A stretch of DNA of 64,000 nucleotides from the human T2T-CHM13v2.0 reference genome, Homo sapiens. The stretch's first letter is position 1; every line of letters starts with the position of its first letter. Made by a program: the position numbers and the translations under genes. Positions 44,471 through 56,009 of this stretch are shown one piece after another. The notes under the pieces are model-generated. The model searched no databases and was not told where the DNA came from. It saw nothing but the letters and a program-made list of their open reading frames with translations. The stretch lies in the NCBI RefSeq assembly GCF_009914755.1, contig NC_060937.1. One strand, given 5' to 3'.

Positions 44471-45629
44471 TACTTTAGAGAATTATTGTGAGAATTAAAT
44501 GAGTTAATATATGTAAACTTTTAAATAATGCCTTACATCTAATACTATGTAAGTTTTACCTAGAAAAGTATAATGCTATCTTTACTTATTAACTTCCTCA
44601 TCATTCTTTCTATATGCATATTCAAAATAATGTTAAACTAAATTTCTACCATTCTGTAAATATCACTAACTCATTTACACTTGTTTTTACTTTTGTGTAT
44701 GTGTGTGTGTGTGCATATGTGGGTGTATAATAGATGCCTGACATTCTTCTATTCTTACCACAAGGCTCCAATCTTTTTATCTTCAACCATAGAAAACCTT
44801 ATATTTTAAGGAGGCATTAGTTATATGTAATTTCTTTGTCCAGTTTAGTCTCTTTCACTCACTAGGCAATGATTTCCATGTAGGCAGGTAAATTATTGCA
44901 CTTACAGAATGCTTGAGATGTAAAAGGATTTGTTGTATTAATGAGAGCTGGTTAGTTGCAAATTATAACATTATTAAATATAGAGAAATGGTTTAATTGA
45001 CCATTGTTATGTGTAACATGAGTGTGCAATGTTTTGTTACTTTTGTTCATAAAAAATCTTTTCTTTCTTTGTTGTATTTTTTGGTTGAACTGCTCTTTTA
45101 TTGCTGTTTTCCTATTTACATGTGAGAAATAACAGCTCTGGAAGAGTTGTCACATTAGGTTGTAAGAATTTTAATACTGCAGAGCCATTTGAAGGACACT
45201 GTTTTCTCTTGCAGCTAACAATTTTGAAGTATTTGTGGAGAAGAAAAAACAACGTTCAGAAAAACTCATTGGCTTAGGCAGTTTTTTTCTGTTTGAATTT
45301 CTGTCATCATTGAAAAGTATTAGCTTTACTTCTATTAGTTTTATTGTGAGGAATTTGGCAGAAATAAAGCGATGTGGATAAAGAGATTAGAATCCACCTG
45401 ATGAAACCATCTGCTAAGAGACATACATTTAAAATCCCTAAGATACATTTACTTACAAATTTGCTGGGATTGTTTAGGTTTTAGGTGGCAGATCTCCGTT
45501 CAGTGATAAGAAAAATATCTACAATATAGAAAGTTCATTTTGATCAGGGTGTTGGGATCAGTTGCTGTGTAGGAAATAGTTATGAATTATAAAATAATAC
45601 TCTGTAGGGTACCGTATGTTGAAACCCAA

Positions 45630-45973
45630 TTTATTAGTCCATTCTTGTGCTGCTAATAAAGATGTACCTGAGATGGGGTAATTTATAAAGGAAAGAGGTT
45701 TAATTGACTGACACTACAGCATGGCTTGGGAGGCCGCAGGAAACTTACAATCATGCCAGAAGGGGAAGCAAACACGTCCTTCTACACATGGTGTCAGAAA
45801 GAGATGTGAGTGCCGAGAGAAGGAAGAAACTCCTTGTAAAATCTTCAGATCTCATGAGGATTCACTCACTATAATGAGAACAGCACGGTGGAAACCAGCC
45901 ACATGATTCAATATCTCCACCTGGTCCCTAAAATTCAAGGTGAAATTTGGGTGGGCACAGCCAAACCATATCA
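45630..45973 (-). mobile_element. THE1B-like MaLR LTR
   Basis: tattagtccattctt..gctgctaataaag...ccaaaccatatca. Confidence 0.88.
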
Positions 45974-46119
45974 CACAGCATCATGTTTTAGAAAGCCTTT
46001 GGAGCAATACTTGGCATAGTAAGAAAAGAAATGAAATCTCTTGCCTCTCTCTGTTCCCTCATTTCCAACTCTCAACTATTTGCAATATAGTTTCCTTCTT
46101 TTCAATTAATTTTTTAAAA

Positions 46120-46760
46120 GGAGACCAATAAGTATAGAATTAGTAACACCAATGATATTTCCCTGGTTCTCATATTACTTTTTTATTGGTAATGTCATCT
46201 TTGTCATATGCAAAGTTTCATATAGATTTGTGTCTATTTGGGTCCTCTATTGTGCTCAATTGTCAGTTCTAGCCTTGTTGAAATACCGATATCTTCTTCA
46301 TCAAAAATATCTTGGTAGTTTTAATATTTGACAAATTTTCACAACAATAAAAAGTGCTGGTAGTATTTTTAATGGAACTAAACTGTATTGATAATTTTAC
46401 AAGTATTGATATCTCTATTCTATTAAGTCTTCCTAAACAACATTGTATATATCCTTTCATTTTGTTAGATTTTTAAATGCCTTTCAATAATCTTATATTC
46501 ACAATACTCTTGACACTTGTTTTCTATTTATTTTCAAATGCTTCATATTTTTCATACTTCTGTAAATAGTTTTTTTTATAATTACATTTGCTATTTTTTG
46601 TGGGGCTATATAAGCATGAATATAATTTTTATACATTGATTTTATGATCCAACAGCCTTACCAAAGTCTCTTGGTAATACTCATAATTTGTAAACTCTCT
46701 TGAAGATAGGGAACACCTACTGACAAGTCATTTAAATAAGGAAAACTTCTTTTCTTTCAA
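46120..46760 (-). mobile_element. L1M ORF2 fragment
   Basis: T-rich antisense L1 motifs. Confidence 0.55.
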
Positions 46761-47670
46761 ACCATTATTTTTTTTCTTCTGTTCATCCTAAACTTAATTT
46801 TAAAAGAGAATGATGTTTGTCTGCATAAATATGAAACATTGTATCACATCTTAATTTGTTTGAAATGCATATGACTCTTCAAAGCAAAAATACATAACAT
46901 TGTTTTATGATGCTTTTGTAGGTAGTTGTGTTATATATGCTAACTGAAACAGACAAAATGGTAAGTGGGGCATACGTGGGCATACATGATTGTAACATAT
47001 ATGAAGTTTACAAGAAAATGTATAACTTTAAACAAAATAAACCGTAAAGTATATACCTATTAAAATTGTTCATCTACTGAAATAATGCAAAGAGGTATAC
47101 CTAAAAAACACAGATAAAATAGAATTCTAAAACAAAATTTAAATAATACAAGGTATAAAGGAAAGGACAAGAATATAGGAAAGAAACAGTGGAAGGAGAA
47201 ATAGAACAAAAAAACTCTGGGAGACAAATTTAATCACTAATTTTATTAAATGGAAAGGGACATATATCTCTAATTTTAAGTCAGAGATGATCAGAGTGGT
47301 TATAATATAGTACTCAAATATGTGCTAACAAACAGACACTACAAAAATAGAAAGGCTGAAAGTAAATTAATGGAAAAAGATAATGCAATCTAAACAATAG
47401 CCAGAAAATGTTTAGAGTACTTATAATAAAATGGGAGAAAATTGACAGCAAAGCAAAGAGTATTATAAAAATAAAAAATATTTCAATAATAACAAAGAAT
47501 CAATTCATCAGGAATACATAACAATCATAAACGTCTATGTACCTAATAATCTGCCACAAAATGCATGGGACAAATCTGATAGAATAAAAGACCAAACTGG
47601 ACAATTTCACAAATACGTGTGAGAATTTTAACACTACACTCCCAGCAATTGATATATACCTGGATAAAAG

Positions 47671-48367
47671 TGTGTCTGGAATTGGTTCCTTCCGTTGGGT
47701 TCTTAGTCTTGCTGACTTCAAGAATGAAGCTACAGACCGTCCCCGTGAGTGTTACAGTTCTTAAAGATGGTGTGTCCAGAGTTTGTTCCTTCAGACGTTC
47801 AGAGTTTCTTCCTTCTGGTGGGTTCGTGGTCTCACTTGACTTTAGGAGTGAAGCCACAGACCTTCGCAGCAAGTGTTACAGCTATTAAAGGTGGCATGTC
47901 CAGAGTTGTTTGTTCCTCACAGTGGGTTTGTGGTCTCGCTGACTTCAGGGGTGAAGCCACAGACATTCTCAGTGAGTGTTACAGCTTTTAAAGGTGGCGC
48001 GGACCCAAAGAGTGAACAGCAGCAAGATTTATTGGGAAGAGTGAACAAAGCTTCCACAGGATGAAAGGGAATCGCAAGTGAGTTGCCCGCTGGTGGCTCA
48101 GGGGGGCAGCTTTTATTCCCTTATTTGGCCCCACCCATATCCTGCTGATTGGTTCATTTTACAGAGAGCTGATTGGTCCATTTTACAGAGTGCTGATTGG
48201 TCCGTTTTACAGAGTGCTGATTGGTCTGTTTTGACAGAGTGCTGATGGGTGCATTTACAAACCTTTAGCTAGACACAGAATGCTGATTGGTGCATTTACA
48301 ATCCTTTAGTTGGAAAAGTTCTCCAAGTCCCAACCCGATCCAGAAACCCAGCTGGCTTCACCTCTCA
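47671..48367 (-). mobile_element. LTR12-family (ERV9) solo LTR
   Basis: tgtgtctggaattggttcc...ggcttcacctctca, tandem ctgattggt boxes, three U5-type repeats, 4-bp TSD AAAG. Confidence 0.92.
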
Positions 48368-48401
48368 AAAGGACTAAAACCATAGAAAATTGGAGCAACA
48401 C

Positions 48402-48782
48402 TGTGGTAGTTAATTTTACATGTTAATTTGGCTGGGCCATGGTGTGCAGATATTTGGTGAAACATTTTTCGGGATTTTTCTGTGACTGTTTTTGGAAGAG
48501 ATTAACATTTAAATCTCTGCTCTTTGAATACCTCTATCCAACCAGTTTAAGACCCATAGAACAAAAGCAAGGAAGGATTGCTCCACTGAGCAAGGAAGAA
48601 TTCTACCAGCAGCTATACTTGAACTGAGACATCTGATCTTTCCTGTTCTCCAAGCAGACAGCCCACAGTGCAGTTTGGACTTGCTAGCTGCCATAATCAT
48701 GTGATCCAGTTCCTTACAATAAATCTCCATGTACATGCACATCATTTTGATTCTGTTTCTCTAGAGAACACTGACTATTATA
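48402..48782 (+). mobile_element. MLT2 ERVL LTR
   Basis: tgtggtagttaattttacatgt...ttctgtttctctagagaacactgact; TSD aacac/aatac. Confidence 0.8.
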
Positions 48783-48925
48783 AATACTATCAAATCTTAT
48801 TACAGAAGACAAATGCATCACACAATTTTGTCCAGTACATGGTATGGTCACCAAGAATGACCATATGCTGCATTAAATAACAAAAAACTCTAATCTCAAT
48901 AAATTGCATTTTAAAAATCTTTATA

Positions 48926-49210
48926 GGTCTGGCCATGGTAGCTCATGCCTGTAAATCCCAGCCCTTTGGGAGGCTGAGGTGGCAGGATCTCTTAAGCCCA
49001 GTATTTCAGGACTAGCCTGGGCAAAAAAGGGAGAATTCTTCTCTACAAAAAATAAAAATTAAAAAATTAGGCAGGTGTGGTGGCATGCATCTATAGTTCA
49101 GCTATTTGGGAGGCTGATCTGGGAGGATAGCTTGAGCCCAGGAGTTCGAGGCTGTAGTGAGCCATGATTACTGCAGTCTGGGTGACAGTGAGATATTCCA
49201 TTTCAAAAAA
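48926..49210 (+). mobile_element. AluJ SINE
   Basis: Diverged dimer with gggaggatagcttgagcccaggagttcgaggctg. Confidence 0.9.
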
Positions 49211-49220
49211 CATTATATAG

Positions 49221-49225
<5 letters not shown>

Positions 49226-49259
<34 letters not shown>
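49226..49259. repeat. (TG)n microsatellite
   Basis: Seen directly. Confidence 0.95.
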
Positions 49260-49262
<3 letters not shown>

Positions 49263-50518
49263 CTATTTTTAGAACAGTTTTAGAAAATTTGTGCAAAAAG
49301 TACCTAGATCCCATATACCCGCCCCTCCACATTTCTTCTATTATAAACATCTAGCTTTCGAGTGGTTCACTACTAAATGAAAGGAGTCCATCTCTAAAGG
49401 CCATATACTGTAATTTCAACTGTAAGGTGTTATTAAAAAGGTAAAACTATAGAGACAGGAAAAAGATCAATGATTGCCAGGGGTTCTGGGAAATGTGAAG
49501 CAGATGGATGAATAGATGGAGCACAGGGTATTTTTAGGGCAATAGAACTATTCTGTATGATCGCATAATAATGGATGAATGTCATTATGGAATCACCAAA
49601 ACCTATAGAAATATACAACACAAAGAATGTAACCTAATGTAAACTATGGATTTTAGCTAAGAATAATATATCAAGTTTATCAAATGTTTCTAGTATGGAT
49701 GAGGAGTTGTATTTTTTTTAGTATATTTTAATTACTTTAAAAAGCCAAATTTGTCAAATGAATAACCTATTGAATGGTTCAAAACTACAACATTCAAAAT
49801 AATATCAGTAAGAGTGATAAAATAAGGGCTTGACCAATCTATATTTTACAATTAATAACTGTCATTAATACATCATTACCAAGCAATCCTAAGACACTGT
49901 GATCTAGATGATTCCAGATGTTCTAGAAATTTTGACTATTTCAAGTCTCTGTCTTCTGTGTAATTTAGTGAAAAAGCACCTGCCTCTCATGATGAAAATG
50001 TAAGGTGAATGCGTATTTGCAGGTATTCAAACATTGTAGCAAATAGCACAAACCTTGAGGTATATGAATTAAACTTATATAACTATGAGAATCAAAATTT
50101 GTCTCTGTCACTGAATAACATTGGGTGAAGGAATTATTCTTTCACAGTCTTAGTGTAAATAATAACTGATCTCATAGAATCTTAAGAGACTTGAATGGTA
50201 TAATATTTAAAATTCCTTAGCAATCATTTGTACCAAATCATGTAATTATTTTATTGATTGGAAAAGAAAACTAATCATATCACTAATACTTAAAGAGTGT
50301 TTAATATGAATGTCAGCTGCTGTCATAAAAACTTTACAGATATTAGCTCTTTTAGTCTTCACAGCAAACTTTTGAGTAACATTTATCATTTTTCTCACTT
50401 TATAGGTGAAGAATATTGAGGTATAGAGATTTTAACCACTTGGTTGACATCACATTCCAATTAGACGGGGAGGCAGAACTTGAAATCAGACATGCTGGCT
50501 TTAAATGTTCCTCTTTTG

Positions 50519-51125
50519 TCAGATTTTCTGCAGGATCTAGAACTAGAGGTACCATTTGACCCAGCCATCCCATTGCTGGGTATATACCCAAAGGATTGTA
50601 AATCCTGCTGCTATGGAGACACATGCACACGTATGTTTGTTGCAGCACTGTTCACAGTGGCGGGGACTTGGAGCCAAACCAGATGTCCATCAGTGATGGA
50701 CTGCATTAGGAGAGTGTGGCGTATATACACCATGGAGTGCTATGCAGCCATAGAAAAGGATGAGTTCATGTCCTTTGTGGGGACATGGATCTGGAAACCA
50801 TCATTCTGAGCAAATGATCACAAGTACAGAGAACCAAGCATCTCATGTTCTCACTCATGGGTGGGGGTTGAACGGTGAGAGTACTCGGACGCGTTGTGGG
50901 GGACATCGCACACCGGGGCTTGTCTTGGGGTGGGGAGGGGGGAGGGATAGCATTGGATGATATGCCTAATGTGAACGAGTTGATGCATGCAGCACACCAC
51001 ATGGCACATGTGTGCATATGTAACAAGCCCGCACGTTGTGCACATGTACCTCAGTACTTGAAGTATAATAACAAATAATAATAAAAAAAAGCAGGTTGGC
51101 ATGGTATGGTTGGGTCAAAAAAAAA
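50519..51125 (+). mobile_element. 5'-truncated L1PA (about PA4-6) 3' end, heavily A>G mutated, with probable 3' transduction
   Basis: ORF2 C-terminus (DLELEVPFDPAIPLLGIYPKD), 3'UTR G-tract, two A-tails, TSD aaatg(t/c)tcctcttt at 50503-50516 and 51123-51136. Confidence 0.92.
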
Positions 51126-51339
51126 TGCTCCTCTTTGAAGAGCTTTTTTAACTGCCTGTCTAGGTTTTGTCATTTACGTGTGCACAAATACTATTATAAT
51201 ACTAATTCATTTCACATATTTTAGATAACTCCTAAGTTTTAAAATTAAAAGATTTTTTAAAAAGTATTGCAATCTTATCTGAACTAGAATTCTTTAAAGG
51301 CAAATGTTTCAATGTGTTCGTTGGAAAAGAGACAGAGCC

Positions 51340-51830
51340 AGATCTCTATAGAGTTATTTAGGATCATAATTATAAGTTGATTTTTTTATCAGGAAAAAAC
51401 TCTGCAATAACAGTAGCTTAAAGAAGATGAAAGTTTTGTTCTTACTCACACAGTCATTGGGATGGATGCAGTCCAGAGCTTATACCGCAACTCTATGCTA
51501 CAAAGTAGTCAGGGACCTAGGCTCAGGCTCATTTTCTTTTATTATTCCATAATCTTCAGGTTACATACCTCATTTTCATAAGCCAAGGTAGCAGCATCCA
51601 TTTTATGAGCAGTGATAGAAGCAGCAAGAGTCCTCAGGGTTCTTCCCTTCCAAAAATGTCCACATAAACTACATGATGACATTAGCTCCAGTTACATGGC
51701 CACATCTAACTTTCAGTGAGGCTAGGAAAAATAATATAATATTTATTCTGGTAGCCTATGTGTCCAGAAAAATATCCCATCATTACAGATGAAAGATGAC
51801 ATATATTGGAACACAACTCTAAATTACTCT
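51340..51830. mobile_element. Old MLT1 LTR fragment
   Basis: agttacatggccacatctaacttt, agtcagggacctaggctc motifs. Confidence 0.45.
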
Positions 51831-51952
51831 CACAATCTTCATGTATATGCCCCATGCTTTCTAAATGCCGACACAAACTTGAGGACATAATTAGTTATGT
51901 GATTTACACTATCTATAAAGGAAATGTAGACTAAGGTAAAACAAGTGTTTTC

Positions 51953-52275
51953 TTTTTCTTTCTTTTTTTTTTTTTTTTGTTTTGTTTTTAGGACACAGAA
52001 CTTGCTCTGTTGCCCAGGTTGAAGTAGTGAAATGGCATGATCTCTGCTCACCGCAATCTCCGCCGCCTGGGTTCAAGCGATTCTCATGCCTCAGCTTCTC
52101 TAGTAGCTGGGATTACAGGCATGTGCCACCGCTGCTTGGCTAATTTTTTATATTTTTATTAGAGATGGGGTTTTGCCGTGTTGCCCAGGCTGGTCTCGAA
52201 CTCCTGAGCTCAGACACTCTTCCCACCTTAGCCTTCCAAAGTGCTGGGATTACAGGCATGAGCCACTACACCCCA
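51953..52275 (-). mobile_element. Alu (J/S) SINE
   Basis: Antisense dimer; TSD aacaagtgtttt. Confidence 0.93.
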
Positions 52276-52309
52276 CTGAACAAGTGTTTTCATTGAACAT
52301 AATTACCCC

Positions 52310-52455
52310 ACATATATATACACATACACACATAAAAACTAAATATGTGCAAACAATGTATACATATATACTACATATGCCATATATCTACAGCATATAT
52401 CTATATATATATATATGCACACATATATCTATATATTTGATAGGTAGATAGATAT
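52310..52455. repeat. TA/CA-rich degenerate simple repeat
   Basis: Seen directly. Confidence 0.8.
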
Positions 52456-53067
52456 CCCTCAAGGGTCCTCATAGAGTGGAGTTTATATAATAAATAGGAT
52501 TCGCAAAAGCTTTCATGCATTTAACAATCTGCTTCTGATACTAGCCCTCACTGAAAGCCAATGGCATTATCCCAAGTACTTTCAGTAAAAGTAACTCTAG
52601 GGAGATAGTAGTATAATATGCCCAAAGAGGGAAATCTGAGAAATTGTTTTAATCCAGTGAAGACTTTACAGGACCCATCTTCATCAGGAAATTCATATGA
52701 ATATTTTTAATCTAAGAGTTTGAATTTATATTCTGTGCCCAACATCAGGAAAGGAGTCATTCTATCGTGGCATAAAACCTTTCAAACAAAGCTACCTCTA
52801 CTTAGAAAGCCATGCCACAGAATGTAGTGAAAATATCATTCAATTTTGAGTGCCTGCATTAGCCATTACATGTGTGATTTTACATATATTTTGAATATTT
52901 CCATATTAGGTTATTATTATGTACTGCTGAAGATAAAGGAACAGTCCAAAATAGGTTACATGTATTTCTCCCAGGTGACACAGTTGGTAGGTAAAAGAAT
53001 TAAAATTCCAGCTTCAATGTGTTTGATTACAAAAATTACATTCCCTTTATTAAAATACCTTCCTAAG

Positions 53068-53449
53068 TGTATTAGTCTGTTTCCACACTGGTATAAAGAA
53101 TTTCCCAAGACTAGGTAATTTATCAAGGAAAGAAGTTTAACTAACTCAAAGTTCTGCATGGCTGGGGAGGTCTCAGGAAACTTAAAATCATGGCAGAAGG
53201 CGAAGGAGAAGCAAGCTTGGACTGTCTCACATGGTGGCAGGAGAGAGAAGAGTGAGCGAAGCAGGAACTTGCCAAATGCTTATAAAACCATTAGATCTTG
53301 TAAGAACTCATTCACTATCATGAGAACAGCATGGGGGAACCACCCCCATGATCCAATCACCCCCCACCAGGTCCCTCCCTCGACTTGTGGGGATTATGAG
53401 GATTACAGTTCAAGATGAGATTTGGGTGGGACACAGCCAAACCATATCA
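53068..53449 (-). mobile_element. THE1C/D MaLR solo LTR
   Basis: tgtattagtctgttt...ccaaaccatatca; 5-bp TSD CTAAG. Confidence 0.9.
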
Positions 53450-56009
53450 CTAAGTTTTTCATGAGGTGATGAGAGAAAAATATCTGAAAATATGTGAGTC
53501 TACAAATGTAGTCTAAATATGTAAGCTCTCAGAGTTGACGTTCCATGAATTGAAAATAAGTTATTAGGTATGTAAAACAAGTCATATTTCTTTACGCCAG
53601 TAATGTATTCTGTATCCATGAGAGCAGAGTCTTACCTGTGTACAATGGACTGTGATGTCTTATAGGTGTGCTTCAGTGCTGGAATAGCTAGAGCTCCATG
53701 CTTGCTATCTCTATAGACAGGCATCTTCTCCCATTTCCAAAATGTGCTGGATGTATACTATATTCTGTATGTCACGTTGTGAAAATATTTGGAAGACACT
53801 ATGTTATACTTATGGGAAAGTATTTCTGAGGCATGTTTATTAGGATTTCCAGATGTATCAAGTAAAAACACAAAATATCAAATTAAAATTTAGAAAAAGA
53901 CCAAATTTTTTTTGTATAAGTGTAGCATGTCTCATGCAACAGGTGGGACATATTAATACAAGCAAACTTACTTGTTCTTGCTGGGCATCTTGTATCATAT
54001 CTGCCACCCCTAATTCTTATAATAAATCTTTCTTATGCCACTATGATACTCATAGTCATTGTTTTTTCTGTCAACAATAGTGACATCCATTTTTAAAACT
54101 TTCCTGGAACACAAACAGAAAAACAGGTGAGCCCCTAGATTGGAAAGGGATAATGCTGAGATGAAATTTGTGAGACAGGACAATCAGTGCCTTGGTCACT
54201 AGCCTTCTGAATAAATGAAGGTCACATTGCAATATAATTTTCAAATACTCGATGTGCAGAGACGCATCCCTTAATTGCTGGAAAATAATCACTCTATGTA
54301 TTTGTCAGGCATTTAAGAAAACTACTGTATGTTTTAGGTTATGCTTGGTCAGAATAGTAGCTTAAAAGTTAAACATTCTCATCCTGATACCCTGCTTCTG
54401 CCTCTGCTGTTGATAATCTTCATGAGCTACACAAAGTTAGCCTTTGCCGGTGTCTCAGCCTAGTCTCACTTTTCCGGAGATAAGAACCCTCTTCCATCTT
54501 ATGACCTATACCCAGCATGGCAGAGACATTTCCCTCATTCTTGAAGAGTGTGGTTTTCCTTTAACCCCTTAAAAACAAAAGAACATCTTGAAGCACTTTC
54601 AGTGTGATCCAGGGGCTGGATTACTTCATCTGAGATCGCACAACCTGTGGGGCATATAAATCATTTCTCCCTTCATCTGCCTCCAGCTCATTTGAGTTCA
54701 TTTTCAATATCTTGTTCAGCAAAAAGTGAAGGAGCTTCATATATTACTTCAATCATTAGGGGTCTGTGCTTTTGGTTTGTGAAAATTTGCTTAAATTGTA
54801 AAAAAAAGTTACAACATTATTTTAATTTTAATTTTAAAATAAATATTTTGGAATACGATTTGTTGAGATGAAACTCTGCCTATAGTTATTATAATTTTAT
54901 ATGTCATGCAGAAACATTTAACTATTTGAGGCAAACTTTTCATTAATAATGGTATTTTTAGTTTTATTTTTATATTCATGAAGGCCAACCAGTTATTTTT
55001 TCCAAACCAAAGATAAAGGCCATTTATAGTCTAATTTTTAGAATTTTGAAAATCAAAAATTGTGTTGTCACTTCTCATTTCTTTTATCATAAACTGTTTC
55101 TGAAAACCTCTTTTATTCTCACTCATGACTATCCTGCTATGCATATAATGCAGCTGTATCATGTATAAAAACATTGTGTTCTAATTATAATATTCCATCT
55201 TAAAATTTTTCTACATTTTAAACTATTTTTATAAAGTATGTGCCGTTTAGTAATCTTTTAGGGGTTACTTAGCTGTGCCAACGGCCTTATGCTAGTATGG
55301 ATCATTGTGCAGAAATAACCTCCTGTATGAACTTGTTTCATTAATAATACTTTTTTTCATGCTTCGGAAAAGGATTTCCGTGCTGCTCTAAACATTGGTA
55401 AAAGTGTTTTAAGTGTAAGAGAGATCACTGTCCTATGAAAACATCTCTGGATTCCATAACTCCCTTTACTAAAAGAATGTTTTAATGCTTCTCATAAAAT
55501 TTTAAAGTAATGGAGTAAGAAATAAATATTGCCAAAATAATGAAGATTAATATATATATATGTGTGTATATATATATATATAGTTGAAAACTTCTGATAG
55601 GAGAAATAAGATTATTAGATTATTGTCACACTAGGCATTAACAGCTAATTCAAATTATCTAAAATAATCCTGCTATTATTGTATCTCTGCCAGGATATTT
55701 TCAATCTTTTTGTGATTCAGCCTAAAAGTAAAAATAAGTTGTATATCTATGTGTTTCTATTGATACATTTATATCTGATGCAATGTTATTATACTATCTT
55801 GTTAGTGAAGAATTCATATGAATTTTTTTATAAATAAGACATATGCTATTCTCAATGAACTATTTTCCTGGTAGAATCCTTTTTTGCCATATATCTTTGA
55901 ATAATCTCCAAAGTGTTTATCTCGAGCTTATTTTGATTATTTTACATAGATGATATCTGAGATGTTTTGCATCTCAGCTATTCAGCCATAAAAGTAGAGC
56001 CAGTTGATA

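Larger units (their letters stand above)
46900..49690 (+). mobile_element. L1M fragments (ORF2 endonuclease region and 3'UTR) interrupted by LTR12, MLT2 and Alu
   Basis: aatcaattcatcagga, acaatcataaacgtctatgtacctaataa; 3'UTR aacctaatgtaaactatgga. Confidence 0.65.

Noticed and set aside
47690-48300. Repeat-spacer-like arrays resembling CRISPR
   Set aside because: They are the intrinsic U5 and CCAAT tandem repeats of LTR12 in a eukaryotic genome; the units are homologous throughout, with no unique spacers.
50533-51090. APOBEC3 editing or GC-biased gene conversion as cause of the L1 hypermutation
   Set aside because: APOBEC3 yields sense-strand G>A, and biased conversion would give symmetric T>C plus transversions. 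The observed excess is sense-strand A>G.
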